Notes under the pieces: generated by a model
What the model was told of the DNA's origin: nothing
The model's database searches: none
What the model saw: only the letters and a program-made list of their open reading frames with translations
In this document: positions 1-14,097 of the stretch, one piece after another
Position numbering within the stretch: position 1 is the first letter of the stretch
How the letters are laid out: every line of letters begins with the position of its first letter
Translations under genes and position numbers: made by a program
Assembly (NCBI GenBank): GCA_904063045.1
Contig: CAJFCJ010000040.1
Location: 9,306 to 73,305, forward strand
Reading direction: 5' to 3'
Origin: Dimorphilus gyrociliatus
Taxonomy: Eukaryota; Animalia; Annelida
Length of the DNA: 64,000 nucleotides

Positions 1-211
1 AATTCTTTCTAAAAGTTCTATCATTCAAAATTCTGGAAAAAAAGTCTTTTTATAATATAGAATAAAAAGGTAGGAATTATAAAGCTGTGAATGGCTTTAC
101 TTTTGCAGACACTATATTTTAATTTATAATGACAAAAAAGAAAAAAAAAGACAAGTAATAAAGCCAAACCTATCTATATTATCTATTGAACTAGTGTACA
201 TTTTCAATCAG

Positions 212-453
212 ATTCAAACACAAAGATAGTCACTTCTGATGATCACAAAACTGGTTTGAAAATAGGACTTAGCATTGGCTTAACAATTGCTGTTTGCATT
301 CTCATTGGAATTTTCGCTGGTATAATTTACAAAAGGCCAAGATCTTCAAAATTGCCCATAGAAAAAATAGTTTTTCTAGTACAACTGAATTGTCCAAACA
401 TTCTAAAAATGAAACTGCATAAAAGTATAAAATATGTGGAAAATTATATCTAG
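212..453 (+). CDS. Probable terminal exon of a single-pass membrane protein (5' part outside window)
   Basis: Acceptor ttttcaatcAG at 211, then an open frame with a hydrophobic stretch IGLSIGLTIAVCILIGIFAGII followed by basic KRPR. No family recognised. Confidence 0.35.
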
Positions 454-1259
454 AAATTAGCCAGATCCTTTTTTTATTATCAAAAGCCAGTTATTGATTA
501 CAAAGGAATGACTGTCCTATTTCAAATATTTTTTGAGGTTCTAAAAAAAGTTAAGAATTAATACCAACAAACAATATTGTTTCTTGGATATTCATCACTA
601 GATAATTTGCTCCTGAAAATTTCATCTCGCTTACAGTGACTTTTCATCCCATTTTGGTTACATAATGTGTTTCTTTGATGACTGATTTTAAGTAATATAT
701 ACAGTATATACGTTCCTGAGAAAATCTATTGGCTTGTTTTTACAGGTATAGACGTGGTAGGTTACTACAAATCCAAAATCATAGATTGTACACTTATGAA
801 TTATGCTTTGCTAGGATATAGTGTTTGCTGTGTAGTTAGATAATGAGTAGATGTTATTGTTAGGACAATAGATAAACCTTCAACCTTATCACTTGTATAC
901 AGCTCTTATCAAGAAGCTTGAAGTGTGTGTGCAGCTCTGGCTATTCTGCCTTATGGAAGATTAGGGTATATCGACAAGTGTCTTACCCAAAATTCTATCA
1001 AATCTAATTAGCAGACATTAAACATAAGATTGCAATCTAATTTAACTCTGTTGGTTACTATTATACCAATTGAGTTGAGTGTGTATGGGTGCAAAAGCCA
1101 ACACAATGAAACTCCAAGCCTTTTATTAAGGACTAAATTTCTGAATGAGCACAATGTTGGCTCACATGTGTCTAGGAGATTGCTAGACATGAGTCTAGCT
1201 GATTTTTTGATGTTTAACCCTATCTAGTATTTTTTACTTCTAGACAACAACTGCACATG

Positions 1260-1466
1260 CTATGCAACAGAAAATGTCTATAAATCAGTGCTTTTACTAT
1301 AACCCTAACCCAGCCCATGGCCATACCTAACCTTTTCCCTTACCCCTAACCCTTAGAGGAGACCCTCCTAAGTACACATTAGTTGCTGTCTTTTGCTTCC
1401 CAACCATTTCTCAATCCAAAATCTAGTCTTGAAATTTCTCATTTGTCGACCTTTTCTGTTAAACAC
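1260..1466 (-). mobile_element. MULE-type MITE, 207 bp, TTAGGG-core family (ACAGAAAA TIR type)
   Basis: Flanked by a 9-bp direct repeat CTGCACATG (1251-1259, 1467-1475). Termini caacagaaaa...ttttctgtt. Interior taaccctaaccc is homologous to the copies at 22548, 36565 and 57023. Confidence 0.8.
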
Positions 1467-3359
1467 CTGCACATGTCATCTTATAGAAGAATGAAATTCT
1501 TCTTTCTGTCCTGCATGCATATTAAAAAAAGGATCAAAGTTTATGGTAAAAAAATGAAAACCATCTTCACAACTTCACTAAAAGTCCAGATAACATTCTT
1601 CAATCAAGATTAATTTTGATGGAAATGGCAATTGGTGACATGTGATAAAAGAATGGCAGAAGATATTATCTAAAATTTAAAGATAATATTGAAGTCTTGC
1701 CAGAATTAAAATCACAAAGAAGAAAAGTTCCCAGATATAAAGAGAGTAAAAGAATAAAACATCCAAGAGATTTTGATTTTGAAATGAATAAGGATGAAAT
1801 CCAACGGACTTTTTATTAAGAGATGCTAAAGAAAAGAAATAACATTATATTTTTGTTAGAAACACCAAATAGAATTATTAAAATGTTGTTAAATTTGGTT
1901 TTTTGATTCAACATTTAAAGTTGATAGAGATCCATTCTATCAGATATGGTCGATTCATGAATTCTTGAAAAGTCATTGTTCACTTCAGTTTGATATAAAG
2001 AAACTGACCTCTGGAATTTATCTAACGTAATTACTTAGGAACATTTAAAGAGCATTTTCTGCCAATTTCCATTTTAGTAAAAATTTATAATCAAATATTA
2101 CTGGAAAGTAAAATGAATTGTATATCTTATCCTTCAATTTATAAAAAATGATAATTAGGTAAGTCCTTTTAGTTAAATATTATTCCACTTTTGGAAAAAT
2201 CCAGGGCAATGCTTGCTACTGGACTTTGATATTTTTCTTCAGGTACACTGGGAAAAAATGATAAAGGATACTCTTTTAATCAGTTTTTTCATATTACTGA
2301 GTGTTTGTTGTGTAATACACGAAACAGTCTTAACAGTACTGCTTCTCCTTAGACCTATAGTTCTATACTGTTTAACCAACTTCCACTTTTCTTCCTAATA
2401 TTTACATAATATTGATACCAGATATTGCAGACATTAAGTTAAATATGGATTGAAAGATATGTATTCAAAGAAAAAACAAACACTAAATATTTTGCTAAAG
2501 AACAAAAAAGGTTGATAAGTAATATTTATGCTGGAGAGTAGCTTTGGGATGTCTGCATTAATTAATCGATGTATGTCAATTTGTTCAACTTGAAATGTAG
2601 GTGAGTTGCCTTCTACAATAAAAAGTGCCAGTTATTTAAATGTCATGATTTGTCCACAAATGACAAAATCATTTTGTACGAAGATGAAAAAATTAATAGC
2701 AATGGGAAAAAGTAATATTTTAATTTTCTGATTTTCTATTGAAATCAGCGACCCTTATGATAAAGATTTTGAGGAATGTAAAGTGCTTATAGTTTGCCAA
2801 CTGTGAAATGATGATTGAATATTGGAGGCAAACCAAAAGTATTTAATCATTCACTATTCTACCCTGCTGTTTGTCCTACACTTTGTAGCATAATTTTTAG
2901 AAAAATGAAAATCATTTTTGAAATGTTTGATTATTCTTACACATTTTATCAAAAGCTGTAGTCTATATAAAACTTGTTTGTCAGCTTAGTTTTTATAACC
3001 TCCTGCTGAGAATAAAAATATTTGGATAGAATAGAACAAAAAAGCACAGTGTGCACTTGTGAGGTACATTCTTTTCCAAATATTCTATATTTACACATTT
3101 CACTGTAAGGTCTGTTGAAACCAAATTATCCACTTTATAGAACAATTATTAGGGCAGACAAGGAGTTAGTTTTAAAAATCTCTAAATTTGATAATGACAG
3201 TGTCACTCATTGTATCAACATTAAGCTGACTTTTAATAACAATGGATAGACATTGTTTCGGTATTCTTTTCCTAAGATCTGTCTTTAGGTTTCTTGTTTG
3301 GTGCATCTCCTTCAATGTTCTTGGTTCCCTTCTTTTGTAGGTGTATACACTCTAACTGT

Positions 3360-3610
3360 AGACTACACTGTACTGTTAGATTGGAACATATTTACTCAAT
3401 ACATATTCTTTTGGCAAACTCTTGATTTTCTTAATACATTTGTTTTATTCAGAACTGATCCATTCTAAAACTTTATGCTTTATGAAAAAACTTGAGGTTC
3501 TATTTTTGGCAAGTTCAAAAATTATTGGAAAAGACAAATACAATAGTGACAAGGCAGAAATTTCTACAATTACAATACAACTAGTACAGTGGGGTTTCTG
3601 AACTTTATTT
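3360..3610 (+). repeat. Patchwork-repeat module A (decayed LINE ORF2 C-terminus-like)
   Basis: Shares catttactcaatacatattc and attggaaaagacaaatac...ctacaattacaatacaac with 10560, 18850, 24770, 32050, 36260 and 39850. Confidence 0.65.
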
Positions 3611-3880
3611 AATGAAAAAAGCATAAAGCAGTTAGTAGGTAAAAAAAAATCCCCTTTTCGTATTTCAAAAGGCCATGCATTCTTCTCAAATATCCTTTGA
3701 ATATGTTTTTCTCTAACTCTACCTATATATATAACTATAAAAGGCAATAGTAGTTTTTTTTCTACATTCACATCCAATATTCTATCCCATTTGGAGTATT
3801 TGTATTGTTTTCAGGTATAAAATTTTTGACTTTGGATTAATTTATTATTAATTAATTAATTAATTCAGAATAATAGCTTT

Positions 3881-4393
3881 ATGGATCAAATGAATTCAGA
3901 AAAAATTCAACAAAAAAATATTCAACTACAATACAATTGTCAATTTAAACAATCAAAAAACTCTAATGAAATTGCTCTATCTGCTCTGAAAGCAAATAGA
4001 GACATGTCTACTTCTCCTTCTAGCTATACTAGTTATATAGCCAATTCTACAGATATAGTTATTATAAGTCATCCACTAAGCAGGATAATAATACAACAGC
4101 CACAATCATATATTCCTGATAACTTGGTAAAGTAAATTATTTTTTAATATTTCACCAAAAAAATATGTTTTTTTTTTTAGTTTTTGAGTATAGTCGCCAT
4201 ATTTTTTTGTTTTTTTCTTGGAATTATCTCATTAATTCTAAGTATTGGAAGCAGAAATGCAAGAGAAAAAGGAAATTATGCAGAAGCGAGAACAAAATCT
4301 TCTTTAGCAAAATATCTTGCATGTACTTCAATCATTTTGGGATTAACTACTAGTATTACTGTTTTAGTCATAATATTTGTAATACAAAAATGA
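3881..4393 (+). CDS. CD225/dispanin (IFITM/PRRT-like) membrane protein, 2 exons (3881-4126, 4181-4393), 152 aa
   Basis: A GT-AG intron (4127-4180) joins ...IPDNL to FLSIVAIFFCFFLGIISLILSIGSRNAREKGNYAEARTKS..LAC..IILG, the CD225 pattern. The N-terminus is low-complexity and Q/S-rich. Confidence 0.8.
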
Positions 4394-4719
4394 CAATAAA
4401 ATAACTACACCAAATGTTGAAAAAATTTCTTAGTAACATTTAACTATATAGCAAACACAAAATTACAATTAGGCTTAGATCATAAGTTTACCATCTCAAT
4501 AAATGGAATTTTATTTAAAAGTTCTGTTTTTTGGTTTAGTGTCTGGTTGCCCCATTTCTTGCCTTTTTTTGGAATAGTAAAAGAGATGGTAGAGTTGAGT
4601 TTTCTCTGTCAGCTAATGTTTTATTGAAAACATCAGCTGTGTTAAATATGTAATAATGGTTTGCAGTCAAAGTTCACTTAGTCTAATTTCTGGATATAGA
4701 TATAAACATTTTAATAATT

Positions 4720-4927
4720 GGATGTTGTTGAAAAAGCCCACAGTTTTGTGGTTTTACCCTAGCCCTAACCCAGCCCTGGACAGTGTTTTCAGCCCTTAAA
4801 ATTGTTCCTAGCCCTTAGTTTGGACCCACCTAATTACAAATCAATTGCTTAAATGTTCTTCCTAACCCATTCCCAAACCAAAATCTCACCCCAAAATAAC
4901 TCCAAAATGGGCGTTTCAACAGCTCCC
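4720..4927 (-). mobile_element. MITE, 208 bp, TTAGGG-core family with a third TIR type (GTTGAAAxxGCCCA)
   Basis: Inverted ends ggatgttgttgaaaaagccca / tgggcgtttcaacagctccc. Interior ccctagccctaacccagccc is homologous to 31054-31260. No clean TSD. Confidence 0.6.
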
Positions 4928-5167
4928 ATCTAATTCATATTAATCTTTAGTAGCAGGATGTTACAAGGTTCAACATTGGAGAGTAGTAGATGATTCTTTC
5001 GAATCATCTTATATCCCTTTATTTGCAAATTCAGAATTGTAGCTTTTAAAGCTACAGCTAAAGCGTTTTTTAATCACACAATGAGTCATAATCGGAGACT
5101 GCATTATTTATCAGTCCACTAACTTTTCAATAGCGGGATCATTTCTAGAAATTTCAACTTATTCAAC

Positions 5168-8100
5168 TTAAGCTACAGAATATTTTGAGGTAATAGCGTC
5201 ATCATATGTTGGTAAATCTTCCGATTGATCAAATGATTTTGGTGATTTCGATCTTTGTTCAGATTTGTCACCAGCATCCTCTGTTGTGTTTTCTATAGTT
5301 GTGAATTCAATTGATCTTGTTTCTTGATTATCATTTACTGATGACTCAGCCTTCCTACACATATTAGTCTTCTTTAATGTTAAAATGCCAAATAAACAAA
5401 ATCCTATAACTGTTTAGAGAGAAAGTAAAACTTTTGTATTATGGTAATTAAAGAGATTTTATATAGTTTTTATAAACTAAGTGAACAGTTTTATATATTT
5501 AGAGATAATAAATGTTTTACCTGTGATACCACCAAAAGTGCCCAAAATTCCTCCCAAAATAGGAGCTATATCTCCTGATGAAATAGCATTATTCTTAATG
5601 AACTTGACACATTGATTTGGTTTGTAACAACCAGTTTGTCTAAAAGCTTCTTTATAACCCCACCTAATATAACACCAAGTACAATGCTTGAATGTCCTTC
5701 ATGTCCTATGGGATTGAGATGGAATGGTTTAATTATAATAGGAGAAGGAAAGTAAAGGAAGATAGAAAAAAGAGAATAAAATGACAAACTTAGGACTTTT
5801 TGTAAGACAACTTGGGTTTTTTCCACACAGTCCAACAGATGCCTTTGAAAGAATTGAGAATTGCTTCATTAATGGAACAGAGCAGAATGTAATGTTCTCC
5901 CTATAATAACAATTTCAATACTTTTGATCTGATAAAGAAATTAAAAGATGTATAAGAACCTTTGACCTAATTGGCAAGAATTAAATTCTTTAAGAATGAA
6001 ACAAGGACATTGGCATTCCATATTTTCTAAGCAAGTGGACATATTTACTTTGCAAATTGAGCAATATGTAGCAAATGATTTCTCTTCATTCCTATTAATT
6101 ATTATTAAAATTGCATTTGAATTTCTTATCTTTTGAATAGAAAAGAATCTTCCAATATACTTTTCACTATCAATTATGACCTAGTTGGAATATTCAAGTT
6201 GTGTGAATCAATGCAAACTTTTGAATAGCTTTACTCACCTTCCAATAAATTTGATTTTTCAAGTTTATAGTGTTCAGGCATTGTCCTCTCTGTAGAATTT
6301 TTTTTAAAATGAGCTCTGTTGATAATCTGGGTTCTACTGATGTTATATGCTTATATAAATATGTATCATTTGCATTCTGACCAGCTTGTTTATAGCTAAG
6401 CATTAAACCAGTGTCATCAATCATTATACAGCTGTATGAGCTTAATTGACAATTTAGAATGAACTTTTCCATTGTATAATAGAAATAACCAACTCTGATT
6501 TCTAATCCCATAACTCCAAGCACATTGTCTTGACTCATATGATTGCCATTCTGACGTCCTTCATATACAACATGACTCAATGTATTAACCTAATCAGTCT
6601 GGATATTGTTCTTTGCAATTGGAGATATAACTATTTTACCCTTATGGAACATTGTTTTCTTGTACCAAGATTGTTGTGTTGGTGTGAATTTTCTGGCCAA
6701 TTCATAGCCAGGAAATGACTTAAATACACCCATTTTTGAGCCATAAAAACATGATAGGAGATTAAGTTTCTAGAGGACTCATTAGAACTCAAGTATTGAT
6801 TGGGTTTAAGAAACAATTCTGGACCAAACTTTGTTGTAGTGCTATTTCTAGCAATTATTTTATCTTTGTATCGACATCCAATTGCTATCCTGTGATAATC
6901 CAACTGATAATAATTGGATAATCTAAATTCATTTTCTGTTAAATAGTCATTTTCTGTTGCCACAAAACAAATCATAAATCCAAATTCTTTGGTCCGCTTC
7001 CAATAATATTTTGATTGGACATATTCAACATCTACTCCTTCATATATAGAATTACCAGGTGACTTTATTCTCTGTGTCACTGCTGCAAAAGATCCTTCTT
7101 TTGAACTAATAGAGAGAGAGACAGAGATATTATAATTTGTTGCAACAATTTGAATTACCTTATCATTTGATCAATTTGATGAGATTCAAGTTGAGGTTCA
7201 AATAAATTGAATGGTAAATATGTTACAGTATCAAAAGTATGAAAAAATTTAGGGAATAGTTGATGTAATAATGCACGATTGGTTGACTCAGTTAAAAATA
7301 AATATAAAGATTCACCACCAAGAAAAAACTCAATATCTGAAAATATATCTTTAATATTCACATCAATACGTGCTACACCCAGAAATCCAAAAATCCATAT
7401 AGGCTTACAAAATGACGCCAAAACACCAGCATATTTGTCATAAAATGGAGAAGTGACAAAAACATCTTTATTTTTATTGCTATCTTTTAAAGATTTGTAA
7501 TAAGTTGCCACTTCATATTCCAGTTTATCAACATCCTTTACAAGTTTGAAAAATCCTTTCTGTTTGAAATTTGTATTATGCTTGAATGAGTTAGTTGAAA
7601 TGTCTTTTAAAAATTCTAATGTCTCATTATTCATATCTGTTAAAATAAACAACAAATGTTATTAAATTCTGAGAAAATTTTGACTTGATTTAAGAAGATT
7701 TGGTGTTGTTTTTTTTTTTAATTTCTACTTACTATTTCCAATGGCATATGTAAAAATTGGACTATTAATGGAGTTTTGAATAGATTGTTGAACAGTTGAA
7801 ATATCAGACTTCGGTGTTGAATATGTTATGAAAATGATGAGTCTTTCTGAAATACTTTTGTGTAAGCTTTAATTGATACAAAGCAATCAGAAAGCAAACC
7901 TCTGGGTTCTTTATTTAATGGTGTATTTAAAGGTGATGAGGAATATAATGAAAAGGATGTGTTAAATGCATCAATGTAGTTGGAAGTTCCTTGAGGAGTG
8001 AGTTGATGAATGAATTTATGAAAAATTCTCTTGTTATTTGGTCTGACAAACAATAATTTATTGGTAGGGCATGTTTTATCATGAATAAAAGGGTTCAAAG

Positions 8101-9017
8101 GTGAACTGGACATTGCAACTAGAGCAAGTCTATCCTCAGCATTCAATGTATTAGTTAAAGTCTCCAATGCCTCTTCAATATAACTTTGAATCTTTCGATT
8201 TTGAACTGTGTCGGTTGTCTTTTCTATGTGAAAAAAAGAGTGTATGATAAAAGCTATTTCGAATTACAATCAATATCATACCTGAATTATCAAAAATCAC
8301 AACAATGTCCTTCTTAATGGGATTAGTAGCCTGGGAATACCAAGATTGATATCTATGATCATTTGTTTTTGGCCATATTATTTTAGGAGCTGATATTATA
8401 ACAACACCTTCCTCAGTACCAATATATTGACCTTTAATAAATTCATATTTTTTCTCATTTTCCTGTATTAAATTTCTTATTTCAAGGGTTGGAACTTTAA
8501 CAAGATTCCTTCTCTCCCTCTTTACAATGCAAAAACTATTGTTATTGGATGCATCACAACTGCTTGGTATATTCAGTGTTTCATAAAATTTATAATAGTT
8601 GTCTTCAATAATCTTTGATAATTCTGTTATAGCAATTTTGCGTCTACTCAATTTGTACTCAATTGAGTTCAACAACTGAAAAAAGAAATTGATTTGCTAA
8701 TTAAAAAAGATTATTATATTGTTTACCTTTTTAAGCACTTCCTGGCTGTTTGAGGTATCCAGTAAACGCTTTTTATACAATACATTTGTCTCTTTGTCCA
8801 AATAATTCTAGAACAAATGGTCTATTAATGCTTTTATTATTTTCGTTTATTGATCTTTAACACAAATATTATGCAAATATCATACCTGATAGGCTGATAA
8901 ACCTAGCTTGTTGTTGAGTAAATTCACAAGTTCATCCTCGAATTGTTTTGTATCACAGAACACTGTTACTATGGTTACTGTTAATATAGTGAATGTCTTT
9001 TTTAATACTGTTTTCAT
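5168..9017 (-). CDS. VWA and Cache domain type I membrane protein (CACHD1/alpha2delta-like), multi-exon
   Basis: Exon 1 (9017-8886) encodes a signal peptide MKTVLKKTFTILTVTIVTVFC; exon 2 is 8807-8727. VWA features: YQSWYSQATNPIKKDIVVIFDNS and GTSNYIDAF. Cache-like features: FVTSPFYDKYAGVL..GFLGVARIDV and IMIDDTGLML. A Cys-rich CTWC exon precedes the TM segment ILGGILGTFGGIT-VIGFCLFGILTL and a tail ending LPTYDDAITSKYSVA. Confidence 0.75.
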
Positions 9018-10539
9018 TGTAGAGGTTTATCCTCTTTCAATCAATTTTATATCTCAGAGTGATTCAGAGTGTTCTTGATTGGTTTTGCGATCAATAATGT
9101 AATATTATTATTATAAAGCGCCATCTGTCCTATTAGTAATATTTTCTCTAAAGTAGTTAAAATTTTTGCAGCATTGACAATTTCTCTATGCATGATTAAT
9201 AAACTAAGAGAAGTGCACATTGCAAAGAAGAATCGCAAAGCTATAGTAAATCTGTATCTAGTTGGATATCATAAGCAATTGCAAAATAAAAATATTTTCA
9301 CCCTAGTCACAATAATGCCTTTGTACTATTTAAAATTTAGACCTCTGCCTTAATTTTAACAAAAATAAATTACAAAAATATTTAGTAACAATAGCCTTCT
9401 TCTATTTTTGTGTTATAGTCATTTTATTAAAAGATTAATAATATTCAAATTTAAGTTGCTAAATTTGATATATGGTTGCATATAGTAATTATATGTTGAA
9501 AACATTTGCAATTTAGAAGTACGATGTCCATAAGTAGGTGGCAGTTTTACTTAAGCAAACAATCAGAAAATGGTATTTTAATAACCCAAACAGCAAAAAA
9601 AGAGATACTTCAAGTGTACATATGTAATGTTTTTAATATTTCTTCTCAAAGTAATTATACAAAAATTTTCTAAGAATGTTCTTAAAGTTGGCATAAGAAC
9701 AAAATTTCTACAATCTGTTAATTCAACTCCAAACAAAGTCCATTTATTCAATTTATTTAACAATTCCATTAACACTTATAGAAATGAAATTATACTGTAT
9801 GAAACTGGAGAAAACATTCACAGTTCTACTTTTTTTACCCTATATATAAATTACTCATAAACAAACCATATTGTGCAATTTGGGTACTGAAACACACTTT
9901 AGCCTGGAAACAATTAAAGACTGGCAAATTGATGTTTTCGCGATCAAAGAAATACTTTAACTTAGAACTAAAGTTTAAAATCTATATAAATTAGCCAATT
10001 CAAGTTCTTATAGAATTATTTTTCACCTAAAAAGGTGCTGATTTTAAGAATGTTTTTCAGTACTTTTTGTTATTCATGTACAATATAAAACAATTTGTTG
10101 AAAATTCTCCAAAAAGGTTTAACAAATGGCTAAATTTCAATAATTTTTGCTTATCTCTTTTAAAGGAAAATGCTATACATCTTAGAACTAGAAAATTATA
10201 TCAAGCTACAATCTCATATGAACAAGGCAACAACATTTATTTAAGTAATTGATGGACATACAAAAATTTCATAGACAAGCCCTTTTTTCGGTTGATTTTT
10301 TATATTTAAAAGTAGATCATACAACAGATTGATAATCATCTATGTATGGATATTTTTTTCAGTTACATATGAAAATAATAAAGAAATATACATAAAATTG
10401 AATAATTTCAGAAATTAAAATTTACACAATACAGAAAATTACCTTGTCTCAAAAATACTAACCTTTCGAATAAACTTTATTCTATATAACATAAAAACTA
10501 CAGTATAGAGTCTTTAGCAACAGATTGGAGTATGAACTT

Positions 10540-11560
10540 TCCTGTGACATTATACACTGTATTGTTAGATTGGTACTCATTTACTCAATACATATTCTGT
10601 CAGCAAAACTCTAGTCTTTTCTTTAATACAATTGTCTTATTAAGAACTGAATTTATACTTTGTATTTTAAGATTGAACTTGATATTCTATTTTTGGCAAA
10701 TTCAAAAATAATTGGAAAAGATGAATGCAGTAGTGACAAGGCAGAAATTTCTACAATTACAATACAACTAGTATAGTGGGGTTTCTGAACTTTATTTAAT
10801 AAAGGAAATCATATAGGGTTTAGTAGGCAAAAAAAAAATCCCCTTTTCATATTTCAAAAGGATGACTCATTCTTCTTAAATATCTTTTGAATATCTCTCT
10901 CTATATATATTCTCAACTTTAAAAAAGCAATAGTAGCTCTATTTCTTAATTCACATCCAGTGTTTTATTGCAATTTAGAAGATTTATATTGGTTTCAAAT
11001 ATAAAATATCTGAGTGTGAATTATTTAGAAGAAAAGGTTTACAGATAAAATGAATTCAGCGAAATTTCAGCAAAAAATTATTCAACCAGCATGCAATTAT
11101 CAATCAACAAACTATAATGAAACTACTTTATCTTCTTCTAAAGGAAATAGGGACAAGTCTGATTGTCCTCCTGGCTCTATTACTTATATTGCTAATACTA
11201 ATGATATAATTATTACCAGTCATCAACAAAGCAGGATAATAATACAGCAGCGACAACCACATATCCCTGATAATTTGGTAAAGTGAATCATTTTTTTTAT
11301 AATACTTTGGAAGAGAGTTTTTTTTTTTTAGTTTTTGAGTATAATCGCCATATTTTTTTGTTTTTTTCTTGGAATTATCTCATTAATTCTAAGTATCGGA
11401 AGCAGAAATGCAAGAGAAAAAAGAAATTATGCAGAAGCGAGAACAAAATCTTCTTTAGCAAAATGTCTTGCATGTACTTCAATCATTTTGGGAATAACTG
11501 CTGTTATTACTGTTTTAGTTATAATATTTGTAATACAAAAATGAAAATAAAGTAACTAGA
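10540..11560 (+). repeat. Segmental duplicate of about 3360-4410 (module A plus dispanin gene)
   Basis: Collinear similarity across upstream non-coding DNA, exon 1, intron and exon 2. Confidence 0.85.
11050..11544 (+). CDS. CD225/dispanin paralog, 2 exons (11050-11277, 11332-11544)
   Basis: Same intron position and phase as 3881-4393. Exon 2 is nearly identical (SIIAIFFCFFLGIISLILSIGSRNAREKRNYAEARTKS). Confidence 0.8.
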
Positions 11561-11794
11561 CAAACAATTTTTAACGTTTTCCAGTCTACGGTTTTCAAAA
11601 AGCATCTATTTCAAACTGAAGTGAACATGCTCTAGATCAAAATCGAGCCAAAGTTTGAAATATGGAATTACAATATTCTCTACTCAAATCAATAGAGAAT
11701 GTTTTACAACCCAAGAAAACATGTTTGTCTCTAAACAAAAATATTTTTGGACCTTTAGTCTCTGGACATTTTATGTTCCTTGTGTAGACATTTT

Positions 11795-11860
11795 GGGGCC
11801 TACAGAAAACGTCCCCAAGTGATTTATTTGAAAGAAAAATGGTTAGGGTTAGAAGCTTAT
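11795..11860 (+). mobile_element. Truncated left end of a TTAGGG-core MITE
   Basis: ggggcctacagaaaacgtccccaagtg...aaaaatggttagggtt matches the left end of 36565. Confidence 0.65.
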
Positions 11861-12337
11861 TTTACTCATTACAAATAGTGTTGTGATAAACCAGAATTTC
11901 TTACAAAGTAAAATTATGAGGCGTTTCTTCGTCACAAAAAAATAGTTCCTTAATTTCTGTTTACAAGGTTTTTTAAAAATAGAAGACTATAAGTTACAAT
12001 TTTAAAGTTCCTTTCAAAAGTGATGTATCTACTAAAGGATAAGAGATTGTTAGCATTTTGTCAATGCTACAAATTTTTACTTTTTATCGAAGTAATAAAT
12101 TTATCAATGCTGTAAATTAATGTTACCACTCTCTATCAAAAGAGAAAGATATGCTTATGAACGTGAATAGGATATATTGTTTAATGAGTATTTTCTTCAA
12201 TGCAATATATTGTAATACAAAAGTTTTTATGATACTTGCAGGTATTCTAAAAATAATTTACTGACCTTTTGCACAACTATAAATATAGTTGGTTTTAAAA
12301 CAGAAATATAGAGTTAGAAAGTGAATACTTGAAGAAA

Positions 12338-13678
12338 ATGCAGAAATTCTTTGTAGTTTTACTAAATATAATTCTACTGCAAAGTTCATTGCAAACCCTT
12401 CTGCTGAATGAAATAAATTATTCAGAATATTATACAGAGATTAAGAATGCTGGATCAAGTCCTGTAAATTTAACTTCAACTTACATTTCTACGATACATC
12501 TTAGCAGTGGTACACCTAGAATGAAGTATATTCATTTAAATTAGCTGGTACCTTACAACCAAACGCCTATTTATTAATTCAGTATCAATCAGATTATTTC
12601 TATAGTCCAGGAATTCACCCAAAAACAGCAATTTTAACGAATGGTATGTATATGAATTCATCTTAGCAGTCTTATTGTAAACTTTGGCAATATTTCCAAT
12701 ATTTCCAATAATGTTGATATTTTTTGGTACACCAGCAAATTTCTCACAATCTGATATAATTGATGCTATAGTTTTGGCAGATTCCGTTACAGATAATCCT
12801 TATTCTTTTATAAATTGGTCTGGCGATGTTATTGTAGTAGAATATGAACTTTATAGTAGATGCTCTGACATACAATTTACAGCTAGTTCCTTTTAAGGTG
12901 ATACAGAACCTACACCAGAAGGTGAAAATGATTGTCCTCAAGGTAAGCTATTTCCTATTACTTTCCTATTATTAATCTCATTAATATACATTTATATATA
13001 GGATCACAGAGTGACCCACATTTACATCAAAATATTGTTGATTCAAAAACCTCAAAGCTTTATCAAATCTCTTATGATGTTGTTGGCCAATCTGGCCAAT
13101 CAGTTTTTCTTCTGAGTGATAAAGATTTGAAGGTGAAGGTTGAAGGAATTCTAAAACATGATTATTCCATGCACGAAGTCTTGATAACAATTAATGGTAA
13201 AGTAATTAAAATTAAAACATATGTTGTAATTTTTTCAAATGAAATTATTGAATGGAATTATAATAAGAAACCAAAAGTCACTAAATCTGAACAATATTTT
13301 CTTATGTTATCCAAAAATAAAATTGAAATATCTTTAAGAAAGAATCTTACAAATCTAAAAATACTAATTTTAAAAGAAGACAAATCCTTGTTGGGTCCTT
13401 TTCTAAATGTCCAATTTAACAATGTCAACATTTTGACTACCATCTATGGAGGACTAATTGGAGATATTGGAAGAAAAAATGTCAATGTTATTCCATCTGC
13501 TCAGGATTATACTAGGGCTATTTTTGATATTGATGGAAAGTATGTTAAAGCAATAAAAAAGATTAGATATGGAAAGAGTTGCTGGTTTTTACAATTCAAA
13601 GATTTAATATCTGCTGAAGAAATATCAAAATATATATATTGGAATTTTCATTTTCTTTCAAGGACTTTAAGAAACTAA
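12338..13678 (+). pseudogene. Secreted lamin-tail-domain-like plus ITIH C-terminal-like protein with an in-frame TAA
   Basis: Signal peptide MQKFFVVLLNIILLQSSLQ, then LLNEINY..YTEIKNAGSSPVNL (LTD-like) and SRC...F*GDTEPTPEGENDC with a stop at 12894-12896 inside the motif. After an intron: DPHLHQNIVD..YDVVGQSG..GGLIGDIG..SCW (ITIH-C-like). Splice sites inferred. Confidence 0.6.
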
Positions 13679-14097
13679 ATTTTTTTTAAAAATACTCAGT
13701 AGACCTAATACAGATGTAAATATCTATATACTTTAATTCAGACTATTGATTCATAATATTTTACAATACACAATACAAAAACAAAAAAAGTGTTATAAAA
13801 ACTGACCAAAATGCTATCTAAAAGAAATTCATATATAAATCCAAATTTAAACTAAAGTAACATGAGCTTCTAGTTATAAACAAGTAAGTTTAAACAACAA
13901 ACTAACAGACTAGAGAACTGAACTATCAATGGCTGATTTTGAAGGATTTATATACTTTTTTAACAATTGATAGTTTGACAAAGAAAAGTTGTCAATATGT
14001 TAGTGTATTTATTGTTTTCCTCTATCAAATGGCATTTAAATTTTAAAGATTTGAAAGTTGCCTTATAGATCATTTAATAGAAATCAATGTATCATTT

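Noticed and set aside
1500-2140. NACHT-domain remnants here and at 15960-16350
   Set aside because: Only faint resemblance (IIFLL; KPLSL..IC) with many stops and no Walker A motif.
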